A DNA stretch of 64,000 nt. Source: Spirochaetia bacterium (GTDB lineage Bacteria; Spirochaetota; Spirochaetia; WTKD01; G963693115). Where the stretch lies: positions 1 to 64,000 of the forward strand of contig CBDDCA010000004.1 of NCBI GenBank assembly GCA_965226055.1, given 5' to 3'. The notes below the pieces were generated by a model, which saw only the letters and a program-made list of their open reading frames with translations, was not told where the DNA came from and did no database searches. Of this stretch, positions 1-10,320 are shown piece by piece. Both the position numbers and the translations under genes were made by a program. The first letter of the stretch is position 1. Every line of letters begins with the position of its first letter.

Positions 1-3000
1 TACTTTCAAAGGTCTCCACGCTTGCAGGCATATCCTATGATGTAGAAATACGCTACAAAGACAGAAATGACAACACAAGCAGTCCTACAACAGTACTGAC
101 AGGCGTGCAAGCATCCCAGCTTTCACAAACAGTAACGCCACTGCCAGAGGCAGACCTTACAGTAACAGCAAACGATAAAAGCAATAGCCCAGCCGATGAA
201 AGCCTGCTTATCAAATGGGGAAATGTTACCTTTACGGACAAAAGCCTCTTAGTACGAGTAACAGCAAAAGCAACCAATACAGTAGTAGCAGAGGAAACTG
301 TGAACAATAGCAGTACAGCCAAACTCAGCTCTGCAAGTGCAGACAATCAAGAGTACGCCACTGTGTATGTAGCAAAAGATGGCATAGCCCTCACAAAACT
401 CTATGGCACGCTTACGTACAAAGTAGAAGTGTATGTTTCTCAAAACGGAAAGTACTCCACTGCAGTGTCAAAAGAACAAGCAACAACAGACAAAACAACA
501 AAGCCCGCGACCAATGTAAGTGTAGTAGGAGGAGCAACAAGCATAGTAGTAGGCTGGCAAGCCCCCGATGTACGAGATTACGCAGGAGTGACTATAACAG
601 CAACAGAAAAGGACAGCAGTACCCCAGCAAAGACAGTGACAATAACAGAGAGAACAGTACGCAACACGCAGATACCAGGCCTCAAAGCAACCACCGAGTA
701 TACAGTGGCAGTCGTATCAATGGACAGTGCAGGCAACAAAGGAACAGAAGCAACAGCCACAGTCAGCACAGCAGCAGATAGCACCGCCCCCGATGCAGTG
801 ACAAACATACAAGCAAGCTATCCTTTTGTATCAAATACAAAGGTAGGCACACAGATAACATGGACAGCTCCTGATACAACAAAAGCCAATAACAAAGACA
901 TAAAAGAATACAGCATAAGCATAGCAGAAAAAGGCACAAGTGCCACAGTACTGAGCGAGAAGAAAATACCCTATCCCACAAAGTCACTCTCTGTAGAAGA
1001 ACTTGTGCAAGGCAAAACATATACCGTAACAATACTCACGCTTGATTACTCAGAAAATAAAAGCACCCAAGCAACAAAAGACATAACCACCCCCAACTCA
1101 CTCACAGCTCCCTCAGAAGATCTCTTTCAAAGCAAGCCTGCTTTAGACAAAACAACAGGAGCAATACAAATAAAAGTAAGCTTTAAGCAAGCTCCAGGCA
1201 TAGGAAGATACTACACTCTGCGTATGTTAGATGGCACAAACTTGGTAGCAGAAAAAAGCATAACAAGTACAGCAACCACCATTAGCTTTGGCATAGCAGA
1301 TGGCGTAGAAGTATCCTCAACGCAAGCAAATGCAAAAAGCTATAGCTTTACCTTTCTCACAGTAGAAAATAACAGAGTAAGCCCCCCAACAACACTTACT
1401 GACAAAGTAGCAGTGTATGATGCAGTATCCACTGTCCCGCCAGCACCCGAAAGCCTATCACTGTTTATCGAAACATCAACACAGACAAGCGATACCGTAC
1501 AGTACGAATTTCAAAAAGGAACAATTACCAGCAATCACAAAGCACCCAATGACAGACAACTCACACAGGCACAAATACAGTACAAAGTATACATAGTAGC
1601 AGGAGACCAGAGTACTAAAAGCATAGGTGAAATAAAAGCAATGGGAGGAGTACAAACGCAAGAGATAGCAGGAAACAGCAGCTTACGAGGAACATTTATA
1701 GGAACAAAAGGAGCAGTATACACCATAGGCATAGAAGCAATAAACAGCCTCAATCCCTATGCAACAAAGAAAGCACAAAGCAAGGACCCTGCACTGATAC
1801 AAAAACTAGAACTCAGCACTATCCCCACCTCAAAAGCAACAGCCCCTACATCATCCTTAACAGGCAAGCTGGTAGTATCACCCTCAACAAACACAGTAGG
1901 AACAATAAAGCTCGTACTCACACAGTTAAGCACAATAACAGGAGCAAAAAACAAAGATGGCACAACAGTAACAAGCAATGATGAGCTAGTATACACAGTG
2001 TACGGCTTACAGAAAGACACAACACCAACAGTAGCAGAAGTACAAAGAGGCAGAAAAGTAAGTATAGGCATAGCAAGGAGCGGAGTGTACACAGTACCAG
2101 CCCTTAGCAGTTTAGGCTTGTCTAGCGAAACAGCACCAGTAGTAGCAATAAAAGGAGCGACAAAGTATCACTTTGTGGTAGAAGTAGCAGTAAAAACAGA
2201 CACAAGCAAAAAAGCAGTATCGACAGTGGCAAGTGTAACAACCGCATCACAAGCGACAGCCCCCGCAGAAGTAAGCAACATACAAGTAGGAGGAGTAGAC
2301 GGAGGGAGTGCAACAGTATCGTGGACAGCCCCCAGCCTCAATGCAAGCCACAAAACAAACAAAGGAGACACCCTAACAGTAGCACAAGTATCGTACAAAG
2401 TATACAAAGTAGCCAAAAGTGGCAGTACAACAAGGACAGTAGCACAAATAAAAACAGCAGCAGGAAGCTCCACAACAGTAGCAGCAGGCACAACCAACAG
2501 CACTCTGACAGGATTGACAGTAGGCACAACTTACGAAATAGTAGTGCAAGCAGTAAACAGCACCGATACCAACAAAGAAGCAACAGGATCACGCAAGGAG
2601 TTTATCGCAAAAGAAGCCTATGCCGCACCAGGAAAGCCTACCATACAAGCAAATGCACAAGGAGCAACCATAGTACTTACCATAACAGCCCCTACTGTGA
2701 AAGGAACGACAGAAGATGGAACGACTAATTTAAGAGATAATCAAATAGACTATATAGTATACTATGCAGCCTCAAAAACAAACATAGATGGAGCAACAGT
2801 AAAAACACAGGCAAAAGCAGCAAGCGATGCACAAGAAGGAGCAGAAAAAGATGATGTGCCAACAGGAGCAACAAGCTATACAATAAGCAATCTACGATTG
2901 AATACAAAGTACTATATCACCGCAGTAGCAGTAAACAGCCTCAAAAAGACAAAAGTATCAGCAGAAGCAACAGCAGTATCTGCTAGCACCCCAGCAGTAG

Positions 3001-3884
3001 CGATAGGAAATGCCACAAAGGTATCAGCAACAGTAGGCACAGCACTCGCACAAAATACTACAAGAGTACTTACCAGTATCAGTCCTAGTGGACTTACCTT
3101 TACCTGTGATGAAAGCACCTTAGATGACAGCACACTCAAAGAAGAAACAGGTCTAACAGTAACATTTGCAAAAAATACCAATACAGTAACAATAACAGGC
3201 ACAGCAAATAAATCAAACATATATGATACTGCTATAACTGAGTATAACTATGGAGTAGTGGAGTGTACCATTACTTCTGCAGGAGCATACTCGGGACAAA
3301 AGGTGCTTGCGACTATCAATGTAGAAACAGGGCTGGTGAAGCTAGCAGGACAGTCAGCTAGCTATTACAGACCAACGACAAAGAAAGCACTACAAGATAT
3401 TATCACTGCAGAAAGAGGAGCAGGGAGGCAAAACACCAATAGCCCCAACCTCAACATGATAGACACGAGTGCCATTACTGATATGAGGGAGTTATTTGGG
3501 GAGGATAGTACTTTTAATGGAGACATAACACAGTGGAATACTAGTAATGTAACGGATATGGCAGGTCTATTTTTTAAAGCAAGTGTCTTTAATCAAAACA
3601 TCGGAAGTTGGGATGTAAGTCAGGTAAAAGATATATCTAGTCTATTTGCTGCTGCTGTTAAGTTTAATCAAAATATACGCAACTGGAATGTCAGAAATGT
3701 TACTAGTGCTCTCGGTATATTTGTTTCTGCTTCTGCATTTAATCAAGATTTATCATCGTGGAGATTATGTAAAGTAGCACCTCCCATTTTAGTTGATACA
3801 AATTACTTTATAAGCTCACCTATGTACAAAAAAACAGCACAGTACCCAAAATTCAAAGGATCTGCACAGTGTAGAACATCGTAG
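1..3884 (+). CDS. Large surface protein with multiple fibronectin type III-like repeats and a C-terminal DUF285 (BspA-like) repeat domain; 5' end outside window
   Basis: Frame is open from base 3 (LSKVSTLAGISYDVEIRYKD...), so the GTG at 105 is not the real start. FN3-like motifs (VGWQAP, GLKATTEYTVAV, ITWTAP, GLTVGTTYEIVV). C-terminal WNTSNVTDM/FNQNIGSWDVSQV/FNQDLSSW repeats. Confidence 0.85.
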   Translation, partial: LSKVSTLAGISYDVEIRYKDRNDNTSSPTTVLTGVQASQLSQTVTPLPEADLTVTANDKSNSPADESLLIKWGNVTFTDKSLLVRVTAKATNTVVAEETVNNSSTAKLSSASADNQEYATVYVAKDGIALTKLYGTLTYKVEVYVSQNGKYSTAVSKEQATTDKTTKPATNVSVVGGATSIVVGWQAPDVRDYAGVTITATEKDSSTPAKTVTITERTVRNTQIPGLKATTEYTVAVVSMDSAGNKGTEATATVSTAADSTAPDAVTNIQASYPFVSNTKVGTQITWTAPDTTKANNKDIKEYSISIAEKGTSATVLSEKKIPYPTKSLSVEELVQGKTYTVTILTLDYSENKSTQATKDITTPNSLTAPSEDLFQSKPALDKTTGAIQIKVSFKQAPGIGRYYTLRMLDGTNLVAEKSITSTATTISFGIADGVEVSSTQANAKSYSFTFLTVENNRVSPPTTLTDKVAVYDAVSTVPPAPESLSLFIETSTQTSDTVQYEFQKGTITSNHKAPNDRQLTQAQIQYKVYIVAGDQSTKSIGEIKAMGGVQTQEIAGNSSLRGTFIGTKGAVYTIGIEAINSLNPYATKKAQSKDPALIQKLELSTIPTSKATAPTSSLTGKLVVSPSTNTVGTIKLVLTQLSTITGAKNKDGTTVTSNDELVYTVYGLQKDTTPTVAEVQRGRKVSIGIARSGVYTVPALSSLGLSSETAPVVAIKGATKYHFVVEVAVKTDTSKKAVSTVASVTTASQATAPAEVSNIQVGGVDGGSATVSWTAPSLNASHKTNKGDTLTVAQVSYKVYKVAKSGSTTRTVAQIKTAAGSSTTVAAGTTNSTLTGLTVGTTYEIVVQAVNSTDTNKEATGSRKEFIAKEAYAAPGKPTIQANAQGATIVLTITAPTVKGTTEDGTTNLRDNQIDYIVYYAASKTNIDGATVKTQAKAASDAQEGAEKDDVPTGATSYTISNLRLNTKYYITAVAVNSLKKTKVSAEATAVSASTPAVAIGNATKVSATVGTALAQNTTRVLTSISPSGLTFTCDESTLDDSTLKEETGLTVTFAKNTNTVTITGTANKSNIYDTAITEYNYGVVECTITSAGAYSGQKVLATINVETGLVKLAGQSASYYRPTTKKALQDIITAERGAGRQNTNSPNLNMIDTSAITDMRELFGEDSTFNGDITQWNTSNVTDMAGLFFKASVFNQNIGSWDVSQVKDISSLFAAAVKFNQNIRNWNVRNVTSALGIFVSASAFNQDLSSWRLCKVAPPILVDTNYFISSPMYKKTAQYPKFKGSAQCRTS

Positions 3885-3902
3885 CGCATCTATAGAAACA
3901 CA

Positions 3903-3939
3903 CCTATAGCAAGAAAGAATAGCTCTTTCTTGCTATAGG
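3903..3939. terminator. Probable bidirectional intrinsic terminator
   Basis: 16-bp perfect stem cctatagcaagaaaga/tctttcttgctatagg between convergent genes. Confidence 0.75.
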
Positions 3940-3956
3940 CATCTGTTCTCTTTCTT

Positions 3957-4922
3957 TTATGGAATGCTTGAACCTGCAACTGCTTCTATCTGTGCTAATG
4001 TAGGCATGCTTTTTTGTGCTCCCATTGTGGTAGTAGAGAGACCTGCTACTGTATTTGCAAACTCTATGCTTGTTTGTATAGACATTGATTGAGACAAAGC
4101 ATAGGCAAATCCTGCATTAAAGGAATCTCCTGCTGCAGTGGTATCAATAGCAGAGAAAGTATTTTTTTGTGGCACATAGATGCTACGGTGAGCATCAATA
4201 TGAAACGCTCCATTTTTTCCAAATTTTATAATAACATTTTTAACACCTAAATCAATAAGTTTTTTGCCTGCATGTTCTGCATCTTTATGAGCTGTTACCC
4301 TAATCCCTGTAAGCTGCTGTATTTCTGTTTCATTAGGGGTAATATAGTCTATATTGCTATAAAAAGTAGCAGAAAAATGTTTGTCTTCAGGGACAGGAGC
4401 AGGATCGAGTATACATATAATATTATCCTGTTGTTTTAGTGTTTCTAACGCAAGAGAAATTGAATCTATTGGAATTTCAAGTTGAAGCAATATAAAATGT
4501 GGTACAGTGGTATTCTTTTGAGCGTGCTGCAGAATAATAGAGCAAGCGTAGTCTATGTACTCTGAGTCCACTGTGTTGTTTGCTCCTGGAATAACTACAA
4601 TTCTGTTTTGACTTGTCGCTTCTTCTACTTCAATCAATGCTATTCCTGTAGGTTCAGTATCATGTTCTTGTATATGACTACTCTCTATATGTTCTTGTGC
4701 AAATATGTCCTTATACATGTTTCCGTACTGATCCTTCCCTATTTTGCCAAACATACTTACTTGTGCATTGAGACGTGCTAACGCTACTGCTTGATTAGCT
4801 CCTTTTCCTCCAGGGAGAGTAAGTAAGTTTGATCCTATAATTGTCTCTCCAGGGAGAGGAAAATGTCCAACAGTACTAATAATATCCATGTTGATACTGC
4901 CGATAACATAAAATTGTTGCAT
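3957..4922 (-). CDS. rbsK: Ribokinase
   Basis: PfkB motifs GGKGANQAVA and DTTAAGDSF; divergent from ribose ABC genes; start placed at MQQF after GAGG. Confidence 0.93.
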   Translation of the reverse strand: MQQFYVIGSINMDIISTVGHFPLPGETIIGSNLLTLPGGKGANQAVALARLNAQVSMFGKIGKDQYGNMYKDIFAQEHIESSHIQEHDTEPTGIALIEVEEATSQNRIVVIPGANNTVDSEYIDYACSIILQHAQKNTTVPHFILLQLEIPIDSISLALETLKQQDNIICILDPAPVPEDKHFSATFYSNIDYITPNETEIQQLTGIRVTAHKDAEHAGKKLIDLGVKNVIIKFGKNGAFHIDAHRSIYVPQKNTFSAIDTTAAGDSFNAGFAYALSQSMSIQTSIEFANTVAGLSTTTMGAQKSMPTLAQIEAVAGSSIP

Positions 4923-5064
4923 AATAAGCCTCTTCATCAAAAGGAAGTAGTAGTATTGTATTCCTTACTATTTCTCCATTTCATAGAAATGAAGAAACAT
5001 ACCTAATTCTCAGCATATTATACATAATTGCTTGAGATATGATACTATATATAGTATACACTCT

Positions 5065-6573
5065 ATGAATATTCTCCGTATACATAATATATCTAAATCC
5101 TTTTTTGGAGTACAAGTACTGCACAAAGTATCGTTTGAAGTACAACAATCAGAGATACATGGGCTTGTTGGGGAAAATGGGGCAGGAAAATCTACTCTCA
5201 TGAACATAGTCTCAGGTATGCTCCCTAAAGACGAAGGAGAGATATATGTTAATGGAAAACCTTGTGTGTTTCATCATCCTACAGAGGCAGAAAAAGCAGG
5301 TATCATTCATATACACCAAGAACTTACTATATTGCCCGAGTTATCGGTAATAGAAAATTTATTTCTAGGAAAAGAGTTGCACTCTTTTGGCGTACTCAAT
5401 GAAAAGGAAATGTACAGAAAAGCACATGAAATTTTTGACACACTAGGATTGGATATTGATATTACAAAAAAAGCATATCAGCTTTCCTTAGGACATCAGC
5501 AAATTATAGAGATTGCAAAAGCATTGTTATCAGATAATCCTGCACTTATTATTTTAGATGAGCCTACTTCTTCGTTGGCAAATGCAGAGATAGAAAAGTT
5601 ATTTGAAGTTATGCTACATCTTAAACATACAAAAAAAGTATCCTTTATATATGTGTCTCATCGTATGAACGAATTATTTCGTATGTGTGATAGTATTACA
5701 ATACTTCGTGATGGAGCATACATTACAAGCACTCCTACAAAGGATACTACTATTGACCAAGTAATAAGCAGAATGATTGGAAGGAAAATTGAAGAGCAGT
5801 ATGGTAGCACTGTACATGTTGATACAAGTATATACGATAAAGAGCCATTACTACAAGTGAAAGATATCAGTAAAAAAACACAGTTTAAGAATGTAACCTT
5901 TAATGCATATGCAGGGGAGATACTTGGTTTTTATGGCTTAGTTGGATCAGGGCGTACTGATGTATTAAAAGCTATTTTTGGTGCGGAGCATGTTGATAGT
6001 GGTACTATTTTGTTTGACAATACCTCTATTACATATAGTAGTCCCTCTCATTCAATACAACAAGGAATTGGGTTTTTGTCCGAAGACAGAAAATTAGAGG
6101 GAGTATTAGCCAATTTTAATGTGATAAAGAATATAAGTATTAGTAATTTTTCAGAAATATCAAAGTTTGGATATATACAACAAAAAAAAGAATATGCTAC
6201 TGTGGAATCTCTTATAGATAAGTTGTCGGTAAAAGTATCAAACTCTCATAACTCTATATTGTCTTTAAGTGGAGGAAATCAACAAAAGGCACTACTATCT
6301 CGCTGTCTTAATTATCCATTACGATTACTTTTATTAGATGAGCCAACAAGAGGAATTGATGTTGGTTCTAAACAGGACATCTATGCTATTATGCGTTCTT
6401 TGGGAGAACAGGGAATTGCTATTATTATGGTATCCTCTGATTTACTGGAAATTATTCAAGTAGCTGATAGAGTAGCCGTGATGCATGAAGGCTCTCTTAT
6501 GAAAATATTACAGAAAGAAGAACTGCATCAGGAGACTATTATGCATCTTTCAACAAATTCAAAACAAGTATAG
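5065..6573 (+). CDS. rbsA: Ribose ABC transporter ATP-binding protein
   Basis: Two ABC domains, GENGAGKST, LSGGNQQK; start moved to ATG 5065. Confidence 0.9.
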   Translation: MNILRIHNISKSFFGVQVLHKVSFEVQQSEIHGLVGENGAGKSTLMNIVSGMLPKDEGEIYVNGKPCVFHHPTEAEKAGIIHIHQELTILPELSVIENLFLGKELHSFGVLNEKEMYRKAHEIFDTLGLDIDITKKAYQLSLGHQQIIEIAKALLSDNPALIILDEPTSSLANAEIEKLFEVMLHLKHTKKVSFIYVSHRMNELFRMCDSITILRDGAYITSTPTKDTTIDQVISRMIGRKIEEQYGSTVHVDTSIYDKEPLLQVKDISKKTQFKNVTFNAYAGEILGFYGLVGSGRTDVLKAIFGAEHVDSGTILFDNTSITYSSPSHSIQQGIGFLSEDRKLEGVLANFNVIKNISISNFSEISKFGYIQQKKEYATVESLIDKLSVKVSNSHNSILSLSGGNQQKALLSRCLNYPLRLLLLDEPTRGIDVGSKQDIYAIMRSLGEQGIAIIMVSSDLLEIIQVADRVAVMHEGSLMKILQKEELHQETIMHLSTNSKQV

Positions 6574-6586
6574 GAAGGAACAGTAT

Positions 6587-7537
6587 ATGAATCAGGGAGT
6601 GAAGTTACAATCTTTTTTTTCTTTTTTTCAGAGAAACAGTTCGTTGTGTGTGTTTGTATTACTCATAATGATTGTGAGTGTTTTAAGTCCAGATTTTTTG
6701 ACTATTGGAAATTTGCTCAATGTATTACGTCAATCTTCTATCAATGGACTTATTGCTTTTGGAATGACCTTAGTGGTATTGACTGCAGGCATAGATTTAT
6801 CGGTAGGATCAATTTTAGCTTTTTCTGGTGCTTCTACGGCACTGTTATTGCAAACTAACATTGCTCCTCCTATAGTGTTGATCTTTGGGCTGTTTATTGG
6901 AGTATTGGTAGGAGCATGTAATGGCATATTGATAGCATATGCAAAGCTCCAGCCTTTTATTGTAACATTAAGCACTATGACTATTTTTAGAGGGCTTACG
7001 CTTGTGATAACGCAAGGGAGGCCAGTGAGTATAACAAACTCTGGTGCTTTATTTGAAAATCTTGGTACAGGGTATTGGTTAGGTATTCCCATTCCTGTTT
7101 ATATTCTTTTTTTCTTTTGTATTGTGTTATGGTTTGTGTTACATAAAACAGTGTTAGGCAGATCTATATATGCACTAGGAGGAAATGAGAAAGCAAGCTA
7201 TATAGCAGGAATTAAAACAAAATGTGTTAAAATTGTAGTATATGCAAGCTCAGGATTGTTGTCTACTTTAGCAGGAATGATTTTAATTTCACGCTTAAGT
7301 TCGTCTCAACCAACATTGGGTGCAGGCTTTGAGCTAGAAGCTATTGCTGCAGTGGTAATTGGTGGCACGACTCTTGCAGGAGGCAGAGGAAAAATTTTAG
7401 GGACCTTGTTGGGCATTTTGGTAATTGCGGTACTGAACAATAGCCTTAATTTACTTGGGGTATCTTCGTTTTATCAACAAGTAGTGAAAGGGCTAGTAAT
7501 TTTATTAGCGGTATTGTTTGATTTAAGAAAAAAATAA
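6587..7537 (+). CDS. rbsC: Ribose ABC transporter permease
   Basis: GIDLSVGS, ELEAIAAVVIGGT motifs. Confidence 0.9.
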   Translation: MNQGVKLQSFFSFFQRNSSLCVFVLLIMIVSVLSPDFLTIGNLLNVLRQSSINGLIAFGMTLVVLTAGIDLSVGSILAFSGASTALLLQTNIAPPIVLIFGLFIGVLVGACNGILIAYAKLQPFIVTLSTMTIFRGLTLVITQGRPVSITNSGALFENLGTGYWLGIPIPVYILFFFCIVLWFVLHKTVLGRSIYALGGNEKASYIAGIKTKCVKIVVYASSGLLSTLAGMILISRLSSSQPTLGAGFELEAIAAVVIGGTTLAGGRGKILGTLLGILVIAVLNNSLNLLGVSSFYQQVVKGLVILLAVLFDLRKK

Positions 7538-7554
7538 ATTTTATTAAGGAGGAA

Positions 7555-8448
7555 ATGATGAAAAAAATAATATTATTTTTAATCATTGTATCAATGAGTG
7601 TATCACTCTTATTTGCTGGTGGAGAATCAGAAAATGCTGGTAACACAGTAGGCTTTTCTATTTCTACACTTAACAATCCATTTTTTGTAACCTTAGAACA
7701 AGGTGCAAAAGAAAAAGCACAAGAATTAGGCTTAGATCTTGTAGTGCTTGACGCACAGGATAACCCTAGTAAGCAGCTTAATGATATTGAAGATCTCATA
7801 AGAAAAAAAGTTGCAGTAATACTTGTAAATCCTACTGATTCTGATGCTGTTGTTTCTGCCATAAAGTCAGCAAATAAGGCAGGCATTCCTGTTATTACCG
7901 TTGACAGAAGTGCAAGTGGTGGAGTTATTGCTTCTCATGTAGCATCTGATAATGTTGCTGGAGGTATGCTTGCAGGGCAATATCTGCTAGAGCAGGTAGG
8001 CTCAGGAGCAAAAGTTGTTGAGCTAGAGGGAGTGCCTGGTGCTTCTGCTACTCGTGACAGAGGAACGGGTTTTAACAAAGTAGTAGACAATACGCTTGAT
8101 GTTGTTGCTCGTCAAACAGCTAACTTTAATAGAGCAGAAGGGCTTTCTGTCATGGAAAATATACTACAGACACATAAAGATATTGTGGGAGTATTTGCTC
8201 ATAATGATGAGATGGCATTAGGGGCAGTAAAAGCTCTGGAAGCAGCAGGAATGACTTCGGTAATAGTAGTAGGGTTTGATGCTACTGATGATGCGGTAGC
8301 AGCAGTAAGTGCTGGGGCTATGGACGCTACTGTAGCACAAAAACCAACTCTTATTGGTGCTTTGTCTGTCGATACAGCATATAAAATCATCAATAAACAG
8401 GAGGTAGATTCTGTGGTAAATGTTGAGCTTGAGCTTATAACACAGTAG
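7555..8448 (+). CDS. rbsB: D-ribose ABC transporter substrate-binding protein
   Basis: STLNNPFFV, SHVASDN, FAHNDEMALGA; signal peptide; AAGGAGG RBS. Confidence 0.92.
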   Translation: MMKKIILFLIIVSMSVSLLFAGGESENAGNTVGFSISTLNNPFFVTLEQGAKEKAQELGLDLVVLDAQDNPSKQLNDIEDLIRKKVAVILVNPTDSDAVVSAIKSANKAGIPVITVDRSASGGVIASHVASDNVAGGMLAGQYLLEQVGSGAKVVELEGVPGASATRDRGTGFNKVVDNTLDVVARQTANFNRAEGLSVMENILQTHKDIVGVFAHNDEMALGAVKALEAAGMTSVIVVGFDATDDAVAAVSAGAMDATVAQKPTLIGALSVDTAYKIINKQEVDSVVNVELELITQ

Positions 8449-8475
8449 ATATACAGTATTTCTTGACAAAAGTGC

Positions 8476-8508
8476 AAAGTCATCTTATCAAATAAGATGA
8501 CTTTTTTT
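8476..8508 (+). terminator. Intrinsic terminator after rbsB
   Basis: aaagtcatcttat/ataagatgacttt stem followed by T-run. Confidence 0.75.
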
Positions 8509-8519
8509 ATAGGGATATG

Positions 8520-9500
8520 TTATTCTGAAATATTGAATGCTGCATTAAAAAATTGAAGCGTTCTATTTTTATATTCTTCTGGGTTACGTACCATCTCTGT
8601 ACAATGTTCATCAGAATTATAAAACCATGCGTATACAGAAGGAGCATTTTTTTGTTGTAATGCTTCGTATGGTTTTTTACTATGCTTTACATCTATTCGT
8701 GGATCATCGATGGCATGATAGAACATAAGCCATCTATCGTTAGTATTCTGAGTAAGCATGGCTTGAATGTCATGTTCTAGTAAATTAGTTCTAAAAAATA
8801 TGCGTCCTATGATATACCCCGAGAACCATAAAAATCGTGGAAATCCCAATCGAGCTAGTTCTTCTTGCATAATACTGCGTAATGAAGTAAACGGAGCGTC
8901 AAGCAGAGTAGCTTGTATAGATTGATCATGACTAAATGTTAAAGCTGCAGTAGCTGCTCCCATAGAAATGCCAATAAGACCAATCTGCGTAAAGCCTTTT
9001 GTGCTAAGCCATTGTTTTGCTCCTAAGACATCTCTGTATTCGGTGTTGCCCATAGTAGTTCTACCAGTGGTGATAGAAGAAAAGCCTGTATTTCGAAGAT
9101 CAAGAATAAGCACATTATAATGCTCATGTAATAACCCTGCTATCATCAGCTGTCGATACCCTGCCTTGCTCTCTCTATAGCCCGGTACAATGATAATAGC
9201 AATAGGAGAATCTGTTTTACTGGGAATGTACCATGCTGATAATGTAATGTCAGTATCAAGGCTTGGAAACTGTACTTCCTCAAAGGAAGACATGCTATAG
9301 TTATTAGTATCAATTAGCACTGTATCTGCAATATCTTCTGCTATAACAAAACTACTAGGCCTATTGTCTGGAATATAGTATCCTGAAGGAACAGTAGATA
9401 TTTGTAAATACAATACAACACCAAATGCTATATAGAGAACAAGAATGGCAATAATGATATAGAATATTTTTCTATAATGTTTTTTTACAAATTGTTTCAT
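8520..9500 (-). CDS. Membrane-anchored alpha/beta hydrolase
   Basis: N-terminal TM helix, GISMG nucleophile elbow, downstream Asp and His. Confidence 0.85.
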   Translation of the reverse strand: MKQFVKKHYRKIFYIIIAILVLYIAFGVVLYLQISTVPSGYYIPDNRPSSFVIAEDIADTVLIDTNNYSMSSFEEVQFPSLDTDITLSAWYIPSKTDSPIAIIIVPGYRESKAGYRQLMIAGLLHEHYNVLILDLRNTGFSSITTGRTTMGNTEYRDVLGAKQWLSTKGFTQIGLIGISMGAATAALTFSHDQSIQATLLDAPFTSLRSIMQEELARLGFPRFLWFSGYIIGRIFFRTNLLEHDIQAMLTQNTNDRWLMFYHAIDDPRIDVKHSKKPYEALQQKNAPSVYAWFYNSDEHCTEMVRNPEEYKNRTLQFFNAAFNISE

Positions 9501-9502
9501 AA

Positions 9503-10177
9503 TTATTGTGTTTTTTCTCCATTTTTAAGCCATTTCACTCCAAGATATACAAAAGGAGTATCAATAATGGCAAAGATAAGTTTCAGAAAGAAATAAGGAA
9601 TAATGAGCTTGATAATAAATCCTGCGGTAAAAGCAGGTGTTATTTTATAAAAAGCAACAAACATAAACACGCTTGTATCTATAAGCTGAGACACAATAGT
9701 GGAAAGATTATTACGTAGCCACAGTGCTTTTCCTTTTGTTTTTTTTCGCCAAAAATCAAAGGCTTGCATGTCATGTAACTGTGACAAAAGAAACGCAAGG
9801 AGGCTTGCAAAAATAAGCCGCAGTGAATTTTTAAATATGCTTGTATATGCTTCATTTATTGTATATGTCCCATATGCCCCATCTATTTTAGAGGTAAAGC
9901 GATCAGCGGGCTCTAATACTACAAAAATTTGTACATATACCATCACTATTACTAATGATATTGCTGCTCCTATAATAAAAGATCGTATAATTGTTTTTCC
10001 ATATACTTCTTCTACAATATCGGTAATGAGGAATGTAAGGGGAGCCATAAAAATACCAACTGATGTTGAAATAAAAAAGAAATTGATTATTTTAAGCCCA
10101 AGTAGGTTCATTCCAACTATGAGAGCGATAAATAAAGCAAAAAGTAACAATAATCGATTGTTATTATATGGTTGCAT
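9503..10177 (-). CDS. VUT family (YhhQ-like) queuosine precursor/vitamin transporter
   Basis: TDIVEEVYGK, LWLRNNLSTIVSQLIDT, DTPFVY. The ORF-track TTG at 10213 is the -35 box; ATG 10177 is preferred. Confidence 0.88.
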   Translation of the reverse strand: MQPYNNNRLLLLFALFIALIVGMNLLGLKIINFFFISTSVGIFMAPLTFLITDIVEEVYGKTIIRSFIIGAAISLVIVMVYVQIFVVLEPADRFTSKIDGAYGTYTINEAYTSIFKNSLRLIFASLLAFLLSQLHDMQAFDFWRKKTKGKALWLRNNLSTIVSQLIDTSVFMFVAFYKITPAFTAGFIIKLIIPYFFLKLIFAIIDTPFVYLGVKWLKNGEKTQ

Positions 10178-10184
10178 GTCTTTT

Positions 10185-10213
10185 ATTGTAGTAGTAACAT
10201 GGTATATTGTCAA
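10185..10213 (-). promoter_or_regulatory. Sigma70 promoter of VUT gene (leaderless)
   Basis: TTGACA-N17-TACAAT-N7-ATG on minus strand. Confidence 0.75.
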
Positions 10214-10320
10214 ATAAAGAGGAAACAGAAAGCAAATTTAAGGATTAAATGCTATATATATGGAGTATACTGTGCCATAATCATATGGCATGTTTATTCT
10301 GCTGTTTAGAGGGAGGAGAA

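Noticed and set aside
53-3220. Many minus-strand ORFs of 60-120 aa
   Set aside because: Antisense shadows of the A-rich repetitive surface protein gene
3440-3884. DUF285 C-terminus as a DGR variable region
   Set aside because: No reverse transcriptase or adenine-variant template repeat in the window
10178-10320. preQ1 riboswitch upstream of the VUT gene
   Set aside because: The promoter abuts the start codon, leaving no leader; no preQ1 motif recognised
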